Positions 39,424-53,867 are shown, numbered from the whole stretch's first letter. The stretch: 63,859 bases of DNA, filler included, from Octopus bimaculoides (GCF_001194135.2; 5 parts of 4 records of this genome joined end to end with filler, not necessarily neighbours in it), one strand, 5' to 3'. Numbers and translations: made by a program. The notes: a model not told the origin generated them from the letters alone.

Positions 39424-40029
39424 ATCTTAATTCCTCTCTATCTGCTTGAATTCCTTAGGAAATAGTTTCCTTTTAGCGTTACTACTAACAAATCGTATCT
39501 TAAAGACTTAGTTTAGGCAGAATGCCTTATATATTGACGACTTTCATTTTTTTATCTTGCCTTAATTCTGTCATATTATTAATCAAAAGTCTTCCTGCCT
39601 ATATATAAAATAGTATCTGCGTCATATCTGTTTCCGATACTGCCCTGCTTTTTCGTTTTATATAGAAAACGTTGATTTAATTAGTTTGATAAGTGTCTCT
39701 GCACGAAACTCTCGAACATTCAGTCACTATGTAACTTTCTCCGATCAATAAATCTATACTTATTGAGACTGACTCAACATAAGTTCTATTTTTCATGTTT
39801 TTATTCAATTTATCTGTAATTTTCTTCTTGTATTAGATGGATAACCCACCCTCCATTTACAGCAAGTAGCGCANNNNNNNNNNNNNNNNNNNNNNNNNNN
39901 NNNNNNNNNNNNNNNNNTTAATTAATTAANNNNNNNNNNNNNNNNNNNNNNNNNNNNNNNNNNNNNNNNNNNNTATATATATATATATATATATACATGT
40001 ATATATATATATGTATATATACATATACA

Positions 40030-40073
<44 letters not shown>

Positions 40074-40107
40074 TATATATATATACGCATAGAAATATAG
40101 ACAAACT

Positions 40108-40139
<32 letters not shown>

Positions 40140-40751
40140 TGCTTATGCGTGTATATTTTCTTTGAGTTTCATTTAAGTTCTTGGGTGAGTTCTGGAATAA
40201 TACTAATGTTTTCTTCGAAACAATAATATTAATGTTTTCTTCGAAGTAAAAAGATTTGAATAACACCTGCGTTTAACCCCATTTCTTTATTTATCTGTTA
40301 TACAAAAACATTTCACTAAACCCTGGAATTTTTACCTTTATAAGTAGGCTGTAACATCCTTGGTACTTGTGTGGATTTTTTGCTACCCTGATAACTATTT
40401 ATTTGTTTTTTCCGTGTTATTTGAACACATTGAAAAAATACACATACATTTATATATATACATATGTATATAGGTATATATGGGTACAGGGCGTCACCAT
40501 CGGTACAAATAACATAAAATACGTAAACAAACGAGGGGAAAATGAGTGAACTACGTTAACCACAAAAAATATGGAAAACAGCCGACAACTGATGAAGGGT
40601 CCTTTCTCTGTGTTTACGTGTCCTGTTTTCCATTTTTTTCTTGTTGCTAACGTATTTCACTCGTTTTTCCCTCCTCTGTTTACGTATTTCATGTTATTTG
40701 CACCATTGGTGACGTCCTGTACCCATATATACATGTGTATATACGTATGTG

Positions 40752-40782
<31 letters not shown>

Positions 40783-41747
40783 GATATGAGGGGTTTAGTT
40801 CACTTGAGATCTTAACGAATAGGTTCGCTGGGTAAGTGCTATAGTTGGTCGACCGTTACGTTCCAAGATCGCAACTAAGGCTGGATCTAGAGATGCTATA
40901 TATATATATATATATNNNNNNNNNNNNNNNNNNNNNNNNNNNNNNNNNNNNNNNNNNNNNNNNNNNNNNNNNNNNNNNNNNNNNNNNNNNNNNNNNNNNN
41001 NNNNNNNNNNNNNNNNNNNNNNNNNNNNNNNNNNNNNNNNNNNNNNNNNNNNNNNNNNNNNNNNNNNNNNNNNNNNNNNNNNNNNNNNNNNNNNNNNNNN
41101 NNNNNNNNNNNNNNNNNNNNNNNNNNNNNNNNNNNNNNNNNNNNNNNNNNNNNNNNNNNNNNNNNNNNNNNNNNNNNNNNNNNNNNNNNNNNNNNNNNNN
41201 NNNNNNNNNNNNNNNNNNNNNNNNNNNNNNNNNNNNNNNNNNNNNNNNNNNNNNNNNNNNNNNNNNNNNNNNNNNNNNNNNNNNNNNNNNNNNNNNNNNN
41301 NNNNNNNNNNNNNNNNNNNNNNNNNNNNNNNNNNNNNNNNNNNNNNNNNNNNNNNNNNNNNNNNNNNNNNNNNNNNTATATATATATCCTAGATTTGGTC
41401 TGTGGGCTTGGGAATATGTGCATGTGCGTATGTGGTTGTACATGAATGTGCCGATGTGCGAATATCAGTGAATGGATATCCTTGTGTGTGTGGTATCTTG
41501 TCTTTGGAATCTGGTGCGTATGTGAGCATGCTGGTTTGTATTTATATGTGCCTAGGTGCAACTGTCTGTATGTAAGTGCGTGAGTGCGCTCCTGCATGTG
41601 TGCGTGAATCTGTCTTATATGACAAATGGCGTATGAAACTGTCCATTAATTCAAGTATGCTGTTGTTGTCATTCTTCTTCTTCTTCTTCTTCTTCTTCTT
41701 CTGCTTCTTCTTCTTCTTCTTCTTCCCTTTCATCCACAATAAAATAT

Positions 41748-42020
41748 GTAGCAGTTCAGTACTGGGGTCGATGCAATCGGCTATCCCCTCTTTCCAAAAC
41801 TTCAGGCCTTGTGCCTATAGCAGAAAGGATTATTATTATTATTATTACTATTAGTAAGGCGGCGAGCTGGCAGGAACGTTAGCACGCCGGGTAAAATGCT
41901 TAGCGGTATTTCGTCTGCCTTCATGTTCTGAGTTCAAATTCCGCCGAGGTCGATTTTGCTTTTCATCATTTTGGTGGGGTCGATAAATTAAGTACCAGTG
42001 AAACACTGGGATCGATGCAA
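41748..42020 (+). mobile_element. SINE family A: tail fragment (41748-41828) and a copy (41856-42020) cut by (GTA)n
   Basis: Family A head, B box and tail motifs. Confidence 0.88.
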
Positions 42021-42583
42021 GTAGTAGTAGTAGTAGTAGTAGTAAGAGGAGGAAGAATTGTTGTTGTTGTTGTTGCTGTTGTTGTTAAAGGTATGTACAA
42101 ATGTGTTACTTTTGGAATTAATGTCCTTGATACCAGACCACAACTAGTTTCTTTAGATATGGTGGGCTTTTTCAAACAATCTTTGCTGTTCCGAATAGAA
42201 CAATGCAATTCTCTTACTTACTCGATCTGATATATCATTGACCGGTAAAACTCATATATTCAAACTATACTGTTGAGTACAGTTTGAAGAGAAATTGCTA
42301 CATTTTATCAACGAAAATGAACACGTAACTACTTACCTTAATGACTTCGGTATTCAGTTGATATTTTGGGTTTGTTTTATCTATGTAACGAACAACAATT
42401 ATATGTGTGAGTGTGAATGTGTATGTTTGTATATATATATATATATATATATATATNNNNNNNNNNNNNNNNNNNNNNNNNNNNNNNNNNNNNNNNNNNN
42501 NNNNNNNNNNNNNNNNNNNNNNNNNNNNNNNNNNNNNNNNNNNNNNNNNNNNNNNNNNNNNNNNNNNNNNNNNNNNNNNNNNN

Positions 42584-42905
42584 GGTTGTGTGGTAAAAAG
42601 CTTGCTTCCCAGCCACATGGTTCCGGGTTCAGTCCCACTGCGTGGCACCTTCGGCATGTGTCTTCTACTATAGCCTCGAGGCGACCAAAGCCTTGTGAGG
42701 GGATTTGTTGATAGACAGAAACTGAAAGAAACCCACCGTATGTGCGTGTGTGTGTGTGTGTCTGTGCTTGTACCCCCACCATCGCTTGACAACCGATACT
42801 AATATGTTTATGTCCCCGTAACTTAACGGTTCGGCAAAAGGGACGATACAATGAGCACTAAGCTTACAAAGAATAAGTTCTGGAGTACATCTCGTCGACT
42901 AAACG
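42584..42905 (+). mobile_element. SINE family B (tRNA head, internal (GT)n, RTE-like tail)
   Basis: GGTTCCGGGTTCAGTCCC B box; conserved core and tail shared with 50495, 54870 and 60036. Confidence 0.92.
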
Positions 42906-43359
42906 AGGGTAAAATAGCGAACGCTGGAGAAATATTTTCTATGACAAGCGAAAAGATAGTAGAGAGAGATAGGATAGTCCAATCCTTAGGACAGTCCTGA
43001 AAGAAAAGAAAGATGGACGAGGGTCACGTGTGAGCAACGAGAGAGAGAAAAGGAGAAAGAGGGGGCGAGAGAAACAGATAGAAAACGGTGAAGGGGAGAA
43101 AATGGGAATTAGAGAATAGATGAGAGAGAAAACGATGGGAGTATATATATATATATACATATATATATATGCACACAGGCATATACATAGTCCCAATGTT
43201 TATACATGCATATTTATATACATATATTCATACACACATACATACATATATATACACACACATGCATGCATACATGCAAACATACATGCATATATGCGTA
43301 CATTTAATCTTTTGGGTTTTTTCTGCTTTTTTTGTTTTTTAATTTCACAGTAAAAAGGT

Positions 43360-43900
43360 GTATTTAAACGGAAGGTGTATTTAAACGGAAGACTGAGGAA
43401 GATTACTGAATTTGACAACTATTACTTGGACTTGGCATATAGCCATGATTGTAGTAAAAACAGAAAAGTAAGATAATCTCGAATGGAATGGCTTTTATCA
43501 TAAGTCTACTCCATCGGGACTTACTTTGTACTAAACAATACCAACAACGTCCAAATGACATTGTTGCATGAAGGACACCAACTGGCTGTAAAACTGATCC
43601 GAAGACCATCCTCATATACCTAGCTTTCCCACATTTGCGTCTAAAACTGAAGAGAACCTTTACCATGTCGCAATACATTTTCAGGAATGCTCTATTATTT
43701 GGCTCAGATGTGCAACTAAATTCAGAAAAGAAATTCCAAAGAAAGATATTTGTCCCAAATGCAGTTCGCACAGCCATAGTTCTTGTGAATATCTTCACCG
43801 AATTCTGAAAATATACCTCTGAAAATCTGAAAATATATCTCAACTCAGGAAAACGACAGATTTTATAACTTTCAAGTAAAGATAATGCTTTACTGTCTTC
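43360..43900 (+). mobile_element. Decayed Penelope-like fragment (RT C-terminus and linker)
   Basis: YYLDLAY (FLD), FYHKSTPSGLTL at 43493 (YxKxTxSGLYL), ILIYLAFP...LKRTF, CPKC. Confidence 0.5.
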
Positions 43901-45149
43901 CAATTCAAATTGAAAATTCTCAAAGATGGACACCATATTTTCTGTCACACAATCTAAATCCATAAAAGTTTCTTTTTTTTGTTTTTTTTTGTTTATCCAA
44001 CTTCAAAGTATTTGTTTTCGTTTCATTAATACACTATCTGAAAATATTAAAAGACAAATCTCCATAAAGGTTTCTTATGAAAATCAAAGAATATTTATCA
44101 TCGGGGTTGGATAAATACGTAAAATATAGGCACACATGCAAGCATACAAATACACCTACATAAGATATACGCATATAAAAATACATATAGATAATTCGGA
44201 TGTATACTTATAAACATACATACATACATACATAAACTGGTGAATAAAGAGGAAATAAAATATATTTTAGATTTGTGAAGATTACAGTAAAATCCTTTTC
44301 TATAGTGGATTTCCATAGACTGATACAGATAAATGGTATCTGCATCTCGAAATACATCACATGATGTCAGAGTGAATAGCTGAAAACACTATCTATCACT
44401 AAAGAATAACCTGAGAGGACATAATATTAGCTTTATAATATCGATACAATATTATTGATCTAATAGTGAGAAAGCTATAAATGCGAACGTATTCCCGCTA
44501 ACAGCGAGACGAAATATGGCTAAGAAGAAACAAGCAGTGAAAGAATGGGGAAAGATCCAAGATAGAAAATGCCAACTTTTCGTAGTTTATGATAATTCTT
44601 TACTTCGAAATGTCTGATTTATCTCACTGGTTTAAACAATACCCGTTTACTGCAAATCCCTGGCATAGAGAAAGAGGTATTACCTTGGGTGGTGGCGGGG
44701 GTTAACAGTTTTCACATGCTGCATGAGATTTTTTTTTTTCTTGGTTGCTTTTGTTTTCGGAATGCTTCAGTTGCGTTCCTCGTTTAGTTTCTTCTTTGAG
44801 CTAAGGAAATCTTTGAATAATCTATCTACGTCATATACGCTAAAACTTCTCATTCACTCCCTTTTCCACAAATCTTTTCGCCTTTCTCTACCCCACCCTT
44901 TCTCTCTCTCCCTCCCTCCCTCTCTCTCTTTCTCTCTCGCTCCCTTCTCCTACTGCTTCATTTTATCTCGATATTTCTTCTGTCCACATTTTATTGGTTA
45001 CTATATTGATGTTTGACCATCAGTTTAAAGATCATGCACAACCTTTGATGTCTCCAGATCAGTCACACTTCTCTGGCCACTTTCTGCTTAACATTGCCAT
45101 TATTCTCCTCTCCATCGTCATTATATTCTACCTCTTACCCCGCCATCTC

Positions 45150-45173
45150 ACTATCACTCTCTAGCTCTCTCTC

Positions 45174-45205
<32 letters not shown>

Positions 45206-45650
45206 GCTCTTTCTCTCTCTATCTCTCTCTTTCTCCCTCCTCTCTTCCCCCCCNNNNNNNNNNTCTCTCTCTATCTCTCTCTTTCTCCCTCCTCTCTTCC
45301 CCCCCTTTCTCCCTTACGTTTTCATATCCTCCTCCCTTTCTCACAAACCTTTCCTTCCAATCTCATCTTCCTCCCTTACAATGTCTCTCTTACTCACTCT
45401 CGTTAACCTTTCACCTTATTCTTTCCTCTCTACCTCCCACCATCTCCTTCAATCTTTATCCACCCCGTACATATTCTTCTGCTTTGACCTTTCACCTTAT
45501 TCTTTCCTCTGTGTCTCTCTCTCCATCCTTTTCAATCTTTATCTAACCCCTACATCATCTTCCGTTCCCCCTACTCCCTCACATCCTTACCTCGTTTAAC
45601 CTTACTCTCCCTCTCCCTCTCTCCTTCTTTCACCTCCTACAACACCCCGT
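45150..45650. repeat. (CT)n and pyrimidine-rich low-complexity tract
   Basis: Direct inspection; includes a short duplicated block around a 10-N gap. Confidence 0.9.
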
Positions 45651-45991
45651 TACAACAGTATGTCAGCACAGCAACACAATAGCTAGCCACACTAACAGAC
45701 TTAAACATCTTTATATATATATTCTACTTTACTGAAACCACCATACACAAAAATTCACTCTCGCGCTCACTCCCTCTCTTTACCTATCTCTCTATCTCTC
45801 TATTTTTCTTTCTTTCTCTCTCTCTCCACACGCGTATTGCTGCATACATGCACGATCACGCACACACACACACACACACACACACATATGAAGGTAAACA
45901 CACTTATGCACACTTTCATATGCGCCACTATCCGCATATTCTTTATTTTTACCCGCCATCTACACACCAGCGTACAAACATACGCATCATT

Positions 45992-46056
<65 letters not shown>

Positions 46057-46590
46057 AGTGGCGGGGTAGAAACAGTGCCAAGAAGTAGTAGAGAAATAGC
46101 TTATTGTTTGTATCTTGTTTCGGTGTATTACATTTGTGAGTTCAAATGCTATTGAAGATAACTTTATGTTTCAACTCCCCGGGGCCATTGAAATAAGTGA
46201 CCAGAATACTTGAAGTGAATCGATCAACAATACAGTAAATAAACACTTACAAATGTGTGCTGCCGAATCTCGACAAATGATTTCATTTCGATCGCTTCAA
46301 GAAAATAGTTGGCTGAAGGTTGCTTATGGAGAATAAGAAAAATAGTTTCTAAAAGATATGGCTGGAAAAGTTTGAACGTACCAAAAACTGTAACTTAAAA
46401 TCAGTTTTATTTTCAGAGCTAGAAACTATTACTGACTTGTTTCTGACCATCGACAGGATATGCAATGTTCATCACATATTGAAGAATTTCGAAGATTTTA
46501 TTTGAAACAACTACGGCGTGGAAGACAGGTATTAGTCATTCACAAATGCATAAAGACTGTTTACTTCACTTTAGCATTTATTATTAAAAG

Positions 46591-46837
46591 GGTAAGGCCC
46601 TTCCCGAATCATATAGACTCATAGGACCGGTTTCCGGGTTTCCATGGTGTATGTATTCCCCACTGGATAAGACGCCTGTCCGTCGCAGGAATGCTCAATT
46701 TTGCCAGCTAAGTGAACTCGAGCAACATGAAACGAAGTGTTTTGCCTAAGAACACAACGCGTCGCCTGGTCCAGGAATCGAAGCTACAGTCTTACGAACA
46801 TGAGCTCAACACCCTAAACACTAATCCACGCGCCTCC
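46591..46837 (-). mobile_element. tRNA-derived SINE, family D (second partial copy at about 63598-63706)
   Basis: Minus-strand head GGAGGCGCGTGG...CTTCGATTCC followed by TTGTGTTCTT(A/G)(G/A)GCAA(A/G)(A/G)CAC core, shared with the 63.6-kb copy. Confidence 0.8.
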
Positions 46838-46863
46838 ATAAACATATATTATTAGGTGTCAAA

Positions 46864-47084
46864 AAGGTGGCGAGCTGGCAGGATCGTTACCACGCTGATC
46901 AAATTGTTTAGCAGCTTTTATTCCTGTTCTAGATTTAGAGTTCAAATGCTAACGAGGTTGACTTTACCTCTTGTCCTTTTGGGATCGATAAAATAAATAC
47001 TTACTGAACACTAGGATCGAAGTAATTGGCTAACCCCCATTTCTCACAATTTCACGCCTTCCGCCTATAAGTTGAAAGAATTAT
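46864..47084 (+). mobile_element. SINE family A (diverged); another copy at 47461-47680
   Basis: Head GGCGAGCTGGCAG, GAGTTCAAAT, and GATAAAATAA..TAC tail. Confidence 0.85.
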
Positions 47085-47986
47085 CTGGAGTCAAAATTTT
47101 CGTCGCACCAACTGTGACATGGTAATTTTCACGGTTCCACTGCATCACTTTTATGAAAATACCAGTAAAGGGAATAGCAATATGGCGTCTCTGCTGAGGC
47201 CTGAACATGTATTCAAAATTCAGTTTTATAGAACAATAATAGTAAGATTGGAAATTGAACAAAGGAAAAATTAATAAGCTGGTTGGAGTGAGAAAAATAG
47301 AATGAATAACAATAGACCTGGTGGTAGAATCAATTTCATTCTGCCTTAACGTGATTTTATCTCCTTGTGTAATTTGATTCAGATTGTACATGTGTGTATG
47401 TTTATATATATATATATATATATACATACACACACACACACACACACACACACGAAGAGGTAGGCGTTGTGCTGGTAGAGTTGTTAACTCGTCGAGAAAA
47501 ATGCTTTGCGGTATTTGTTTCGGCTCTTAATGTTCTGTGTTCAAGTCCCATTGAAGTAAATGTTGCTTTTTATCATTTCGGTGTGGATAAAATAAAATAC
47601 CAGTTAAGTACTGGGGTTCATGTGGTATAGACTAACCAACTCCCCTCAAAGCTGTTGGCTTTGTGACAAAATTAGAAACCAATATATGTACCTATGTATG
47701 TATGTTTGTGTAGACGTTTGCGTATGTATGTATATTAAATCGGCAATACATATCTTCAGGTACGCTTTGCTGATTAAAATAATATATTAAGTGAAATGTG
47801 AACTTCATTTTTCGAGAACTGCTGTATGCATATATTACACTTATTTTTGGTCGTTCTGCTTCTGTTGTATTTCTTTTGTATATTCATGTTGTTACCTAGT
47901 CCTGTGTGAAGCTTGATCAAGAAGATCTGTAATCAAGGGAAGGATACTTATACATAGGTTTTCTGTGCAATTTTGTAAATCTTGAC

Positions 47987-48473
47987 CAATGATTCCCAAC
48001 GTTTTATGGATTAGCGCGCCCCCTGTCACCTAATGGCGATTTACAGACGCCATCTCACCAAGTTTTGCAAAAAATAAAATTATTTTTAGATGAATCAGAA
48101 GCTAAGTTTGTAATGTGAGTTATATGTATTTCCATCCGGCATGTATTTACTTTAGGTATTTGTATGGACTACTGTCGCCGATGCTAAATTTTTATAGAGA
48201 TTACTAAAGATGAGAACTTATACAACAAAATTATATTGGACCTTGATACATCATCAGTAATATTTCTACTCACTAATATTATGATGTTCAACTAAAATTT
48301 TAATCCTAAAAATGTTTTTAAAATACCAGAATCGTTATTAGTTTTAAATATTTTATTTCTATGAAAAGACATGACACTTCCAAAACATTCAGCGCTTCCT
48401 CTTCATATTTCTTGTTATCTTTTGAGCTCATCCCTACCCCAAGAATCACTACTGCCAAGGTTAAGAACCACTA
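47987..48473. mobile_element. hAT/Charlie-type non-autonomous element (MITE)
   Basis: Imperfect TIRs CAATGATTCCCAAC and GTTAAGAACCACTA. The 8-bp flanks atcttgac and atgtagag both resemble nTCTAGAn. Confidence 0.6.
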
Positions 48474-48516
48474 ATGTAGAGGATCTCTCTGGTAATTGTC
48501 ATGTTTCTATTTGTGT

Positions 48517-48893
48517 GTTGGCACTCTGTCGCTTACGACGTCGAGGGTTCCAGTTGATCCGAACAACGGAACAGCCTGCTCGTGAAATTAACGTGCAAGT
48601 GGCTGAGCACTCCACAGACACGTGTACCCTTAACGTAGTTCTCGGGGATATTCAGCGTGACACAGTGTGACAAGGCTGACCCTTTGAATTACAGGTACAA
48701 CAGAAACACGAAGAGTGAGAGAAAGTTGTGGTGAGAGAGTACAGCAGGGTTCGCCACCATCCCCTGCCGGAGCCTCGTGGAGCTTTAAGTGTTTTCGCTC
48801 AATAAACACTCACAACGCCCGGGCTGGGAATCGAAACCGCGATCCTATTACCATGAGTCTGCTGCCCTAACCACTGGGCCATTGCGCCTCCAC
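48517..48893 (-). mobile_element. tRNA-derived SINE, family C
   Basis: Near-identical to 18851-19216; clear A and B boxes on the minus strand. Confidence 0.92.
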
Positions 48894-49914
48894 CATGTTT
48901 CTCTTTATACAAGGTATATAGCTCTGATTTGATTATATATCCATTAGATTTATTGTGACACGTTTGAATTATTGTTACAGCTTTCCGCTGTTTGAATATC
49001 GCCATCTATATACAATACCAGGACAATAAACGACAGTTCCCTTGGGTTTACGTATTTCAGAATGGAAGTTCGATTGTTAGATGAAGACTCTAATGGAAAT
49101 GGTGAAATAAGAACAAGTTAATTATATAATTGGTCATTAAATATCATTGACGAAATATCTGCTGCATATATAGAGCTTCAAGTTACATAGATTTTTAAAA
49201 GTAATCGACATAAAATTTAAAGTAAATCGATGAAATATCGATTTCATTTGTGGCAACTATGGTCTTGTTGGACGGATGATCAAGATGGTTACAAGTGTAA
49301 TGTACTCAAAAGTCATTAGTTTCATGTCTCATGCGACTACGGTAAAATCTCTCTCTTCGACTTTCATCTTCCAGTACCAATAAATAGTACCAGTAACATA
49401 CTAAAGTTAATGTTACTAAATAACATGAATTTACATGTGCGTGAGACGTGGCTGTCAGAAAAACCACAGTACAATATCGTATCGTTTAGTTGCATCCCCT
49501 TGCTTTGTGACGTCAAGTCCTGTAAATGTTCAAATCTTATCGATAAAAATAAGTACGAATCAGATCTTAAGATTGGTTTCAAAAACTTTTACCCGATTCC
49601 TACAAAGTTGCGGTGAGTTTATATTTAAGAATACATTACTTTCTTGGTAAGTCCAAATAGAAATTTCCTAGCAATGAAGTTTGACAACGATCATAGATCG
49701 CATCATTAATATAATTGTAAAAAATATATTAAATTTATACTTACGGATGATTCGAGTGCATACGTACGCAAATAGGGAGATATTGTATCAATATAGTAAT
49801 ATCGGGGACTCGTGTGTTAGAACAGACTGAAGTTATTGAGTTTAAAGAAGTTGGTTCGTCGAAGGGAGAGACGAGCAATCTGATATTTGAAGGCTGACAC
49901 ACCGCCTGAGACAG

Positions 49915-50046
49915 GGAGGGAGAGGGAGAGGGAGAGAGAGGGAGAGAGAGAGAGAGAGAGGCAGATAGAGAGAGAGGCAGATAGAGAGATAGACAGACAG
50001 ACAACCAGGTAGATAGGCAGGAAGACAGGCCGACAGACAGGCAGGC

Positions 50047-50111
<65 letters not shown>

Positions 50112-50125
50112 GGCAGACTGGCAGA
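49915..50125. repeat. (AG)n and (AGAC)n microsatellites
   Basis: Direct repeats. Confidence 0.95.
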
Positions 50126-50494
50126 CAGAGTCTCCTCTTGACAGCCTACCAAACTATTTAAAAACTCCATAAACAACTCGACATTATGTTTGCAGACGCA
50201 TACTAACACAACCCCTCCCCACTTTTTATCCGGATTTGTTTACGCATGTTGTTACAATATAAGACGACTGGGTATACTAGAGGTTGCCTCCAAGTGTGGG
50301 GTTATGGATGTCTACAGAAATTGACAACTAAGAATGGTAAAGTTATTTCGAAAAGTAGTGGAACAAGTTTTCCTTTATTAGTTTCCCTATATAGAAAACT
50401 GCAAATACACACGCGTATAGGTGTAAGCGCAAACAGTTATTTGTGTGTGTGTGTTTTTGTGTGTGTGCGTGCGTGCTCGCGTGCGCGTGTGTAT

Positions 50495-50712
50495 CTCTTT
50501 TACTCTTTTACTTGTTTCAGTCATTTGACTGCGGCCATGCTGGAGCACCGCCTTTTAGTCGAGCAAATCGACCCCAGGACTTATTGTTTGGAAGCCTAGT
50601 ACTTATTCTATCGGTCTCTTTTGCCGAACCGCTAAATTACGGGGACGTAAACACACCACCATCGGTTGTCAAACGTTAGTGAGAACAAACACAGACACAA
50701 ACACACACACAC
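50495..50712 (-). mobile_element. SINE family B 3' half (remainder in gap)
   Basis: CTCTTTTACTTGTTTCAGTCATTTGACTGCGGCCATGCTGGAGCACC...CGACCCCAGGAC tail. Confidence 0.9.
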
Positions 50713-50747
<35 letters not shown>

Positions 50748-51468
50748 CACATNNNNNNNNNNNNNNNNNNNNNNNNNNNNNNNNNNNNNNNNNNNNNNNN
50801 NNNNNNNNNNNNNNNNNNNNNNNNNNNNNNNNNNNNNNNNNNNNNNNNNNNNNNNNNNNNNNNNNNNNNNNNNNNNNNNNNNNNNNNNNNNNNNNNNNNN
50901 NNNNNNNNNNNNNNNNNNNNNNNNNNNNNNNNNNNNNNNNNNNNNNNNNNNNNNNNNNNNNNNNNNNNNNNNNNNNNNNNNNNNNNNNNNNNNNNNNNNN
51001 NNNNNNNNNNNNNNNNNNNNNNNNNNNNNNNNNNNNNNNNNNNNNNNNNNNNNNNNNNNNNNNNNNNNNNNNNNNNNNNNNNNNNNNNNNNNNNNNNNNN
51101 NNNNNNNNNNNNNNNNNNNNNNNNNNNNNNNNNNNNNNNNNNNNNNNNNNNNNNNNNNNNNNNNNNNNNNNNNNNNNNNNNNNNNNNNNNNNNNNNNNNN
51201 NNNNNNNNNNNNNNNNNNNNNNNNNNNNNNNNNNNNNNNNNNNNNNNNNNNNNNNNNNNNNNNNNNNNNNNNNNNNNNNNNNNNNNNNNNNNNNNNNNNN
51301 NNNNNNNNNNNNNNNNNNNNNNNNNNNNNNNNNNNNNNNNNNNNNNNNNNNNNNNNNNNNNNNNNNNNNNNNNNNNNNNNNNNNNNNNNNNNNNNNNNNN
51401 NNNNNNNNNNNNNNNNNNNNNNNNNNNNNNNNNNNNNNNNNNNNNNNNNNNNNNNNNNNNNNNNNNNA

Positions 51469-53867
51469 AAATGTGCGATGTTTGCCGTACATGGCGGACG
51501 CTTTACTGATGAATGCGGTTTGCAATAAGACTTGGTAAAATAAAAACCTTTTTTAAACTTTAAAAAACTTCAGTAATTATTATTATTTTGTAATAGTAAA
51601 AAAAAAATTATTATTTTAAATTTACCAATACGTACATACAATCTGGTGGTTTTCATTGCGGATGGAGATGGTTGTGGATCGTCAACATCAACAACTGACT
51701 CCGGCTGTTCTTGGTCGATGCGTTTAAAAATCGATTGAGAGTTCCTTGAACTGCCTTCTTCTTCTCCTCAAGGATTACATTATAAGGAGTAAACTTCGTG
51801 ACAAGCCCCCATAATCTTGGAAAAGTGTTGAGCATTTGGATCTATATCCTCGAATATAGAAAGACCTTTTTCGATATATGCAAATGCTTGCTGCATTTTC
51901 TTAATGGTAAAGTTACGTGGCTCGGGTTCGACTTCCTCTTCTTTATTTTGCTGCTCGTGAAGTTCTATCAAATCCTCGTTCGTCAGGGGCTGCTTGTCTT
52001 TTTCAAATAAATCTGTGAAATCTTCCGCCTCCAAATCCATTTCCAGTTCTTTGCTCGTAGTCACCAACGTTTTGTTCATGGCAACATTAACAAACCCCTT
52101 AAAATCATTCACGAATTGCGGGCATAGCTCCTTCCATACACCATTCATAGCCATGTTCTGTACATCATTCCGTACTGCTGCTATATTCTGTACAGCCTTG
52201 TAGATATCGTATCCGTACGCTTCATATAGTAAAGCTTGAAGATAGCAATTATTCCCTGATCCATTGGCTGCAGAAGAGACGTGGTGTTCGGAGGGAGGTA
52301 TACGACAGTGACGTGGGAGTCAAAATCTACGATATCTTGCAGGTGGCCAGGAGCATTATATCTAAGATAAGTAAAACCTTAAAAGGAATCCCCTTCTCCT
52401 TACAGTACTTCTCTGCTGCTAGGATAAAATGATTCAAGAACCAATCTTCAAGAACAACAACAGTAACCCATGCTTTTGAATTAGTCATCCATATAACGAG
52501 GAGAGATGCCTTGGGTATGTTCTTCAGGGCACGGTGGTTGCGTGCATGATACACAAGCAATGGCTTTAACTTAAAATCTCTCGCACAATTACTTCTCAAC
52601 ATAATGGTCACGCGTTCTTTTGAGACTTTGTAGCTTGTAATAGTTTTCTCCTCTTTGGAAATGAATGAACGGTCTGGCATTTTTTTCCAATACAATCCAG
52701 TTTCGTCTACGTTAAAAATCTGTTCGGGAAAAACCCCTTTTCTTCGATGATTTTCTATAATGCATTAGGAAATTCCGCTGCTGCTTGTTCGTCAGCTGAT
52801 GCACTTTCACTTTGCTTCTTAATGGAGAGATAACTTCTTCTCTCCTTAAATCTCATGAACCATCCTTGACTTGCCTTGAACATTTTTCTCATCTGGATAT
52901 TTTTTGTTCGGGTCCTCAAAGACAACGCTTTCTCTTGAATGATGTTTTGACTAATAGTAGCACGCTGACAATTCAACCTAGCAATCCAAAGAGAAAGAAG
53001 ACTTTCTATTTCTTCAAAGATTTTGCCTCTTTTCTTATTGAACAACAACAGTAACCCATGCTTTTGAATTAGTCATCCATATAACGAGGAGAGATGCCTT
53101 GGGTATGTTCTTCAGGGCACGGTGGTTGCGTGCATGATACACAAGCAATGGCTTTAACTTAAAATCTCTCGCACAATTACTTCTCAACATAATGGTCACG
53201 CGTCACGCATCCCTGGGGCTTCAGATTTGATATGTGCTAAAATCTTGTCCTTATTATGTACAATCGTCGATATAGTTGTCCGACTCATCCCAAAAGATCG
53301 TGCAATTGCTATCACTTTTTCACCTTTTCCATGGCGTTTTATCATAGCCAGTTTTATCTTTCAGCGTTATAGCATGACGCTAAGCAATTTCACTATGAAT
53401 TTTCTAAGGAGCCATGGTGGTAAAAAATAAAGTCACAAATTAATGAGAATGAGAAAGTAACCAATAAACAGACGTAAACAAATCTGAATTCAAAACAATC
53501 GCTGGAATCACGAGTGACAACGACGCCTAGCGGTAGATATTGGAACTACAGTACAATTATCGAAAGACCGATAAATAAGACAGCATAGTTGATTTCATGA
53601 TTTCGTTCACTAAGCTACACTACTTTATGGTGTGTATCTTAACATTTACAGTACGTATTTTAATATGATTTCATATGCTTTTATTCTTATTTATTGTACA
53701 ATAACATGATTTTATGTGCTTTTAACGGTTTTCTAACGATTTTACGATTCCAATATTTGTAGCGGACTGACGTAAAGTCGAGTAAAATGACTTGATTTTT
53801 ATTTTTCCATATATTATTTTTGAAAACCGACGTATAATCGAGAACTATTTAAGCCGAGGTATGCCTG
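51469..53867 (-). mobile_element. Tigger/pogo transposon (CENP-B-type HTH plus DDE_1), defective; other end in gap
   Basis: 5' TIR CAGGCATACCTCGG ends at 53867. Motifs ASQGWFMRFKER, FNVDETGLYWKKMP, KERVT, KLKPLLVY, NSKAW, LILDNAPGH, LPPNTTSLLQPMDQG. Confidence 0.93.

Noticed and set aside
43403-43963. 186-codon minus-strand ORF with faint GPCR-like motifs (GTNI, YCD, MSFGR)
   Set aside because: Helix spacing does not fit (D to C is only 12 residues), and the opposite strand carries PLE motifs (FYHKSTPSGL). Treated as an antisense ORF.
48840-48893. tRNA-like sequences (also 19160-19216, 42584-42650, 46770-46837)
   Set aside because: They have A/B boxes but no complete cloverleaf and continue into multi-copy SINE bodies.
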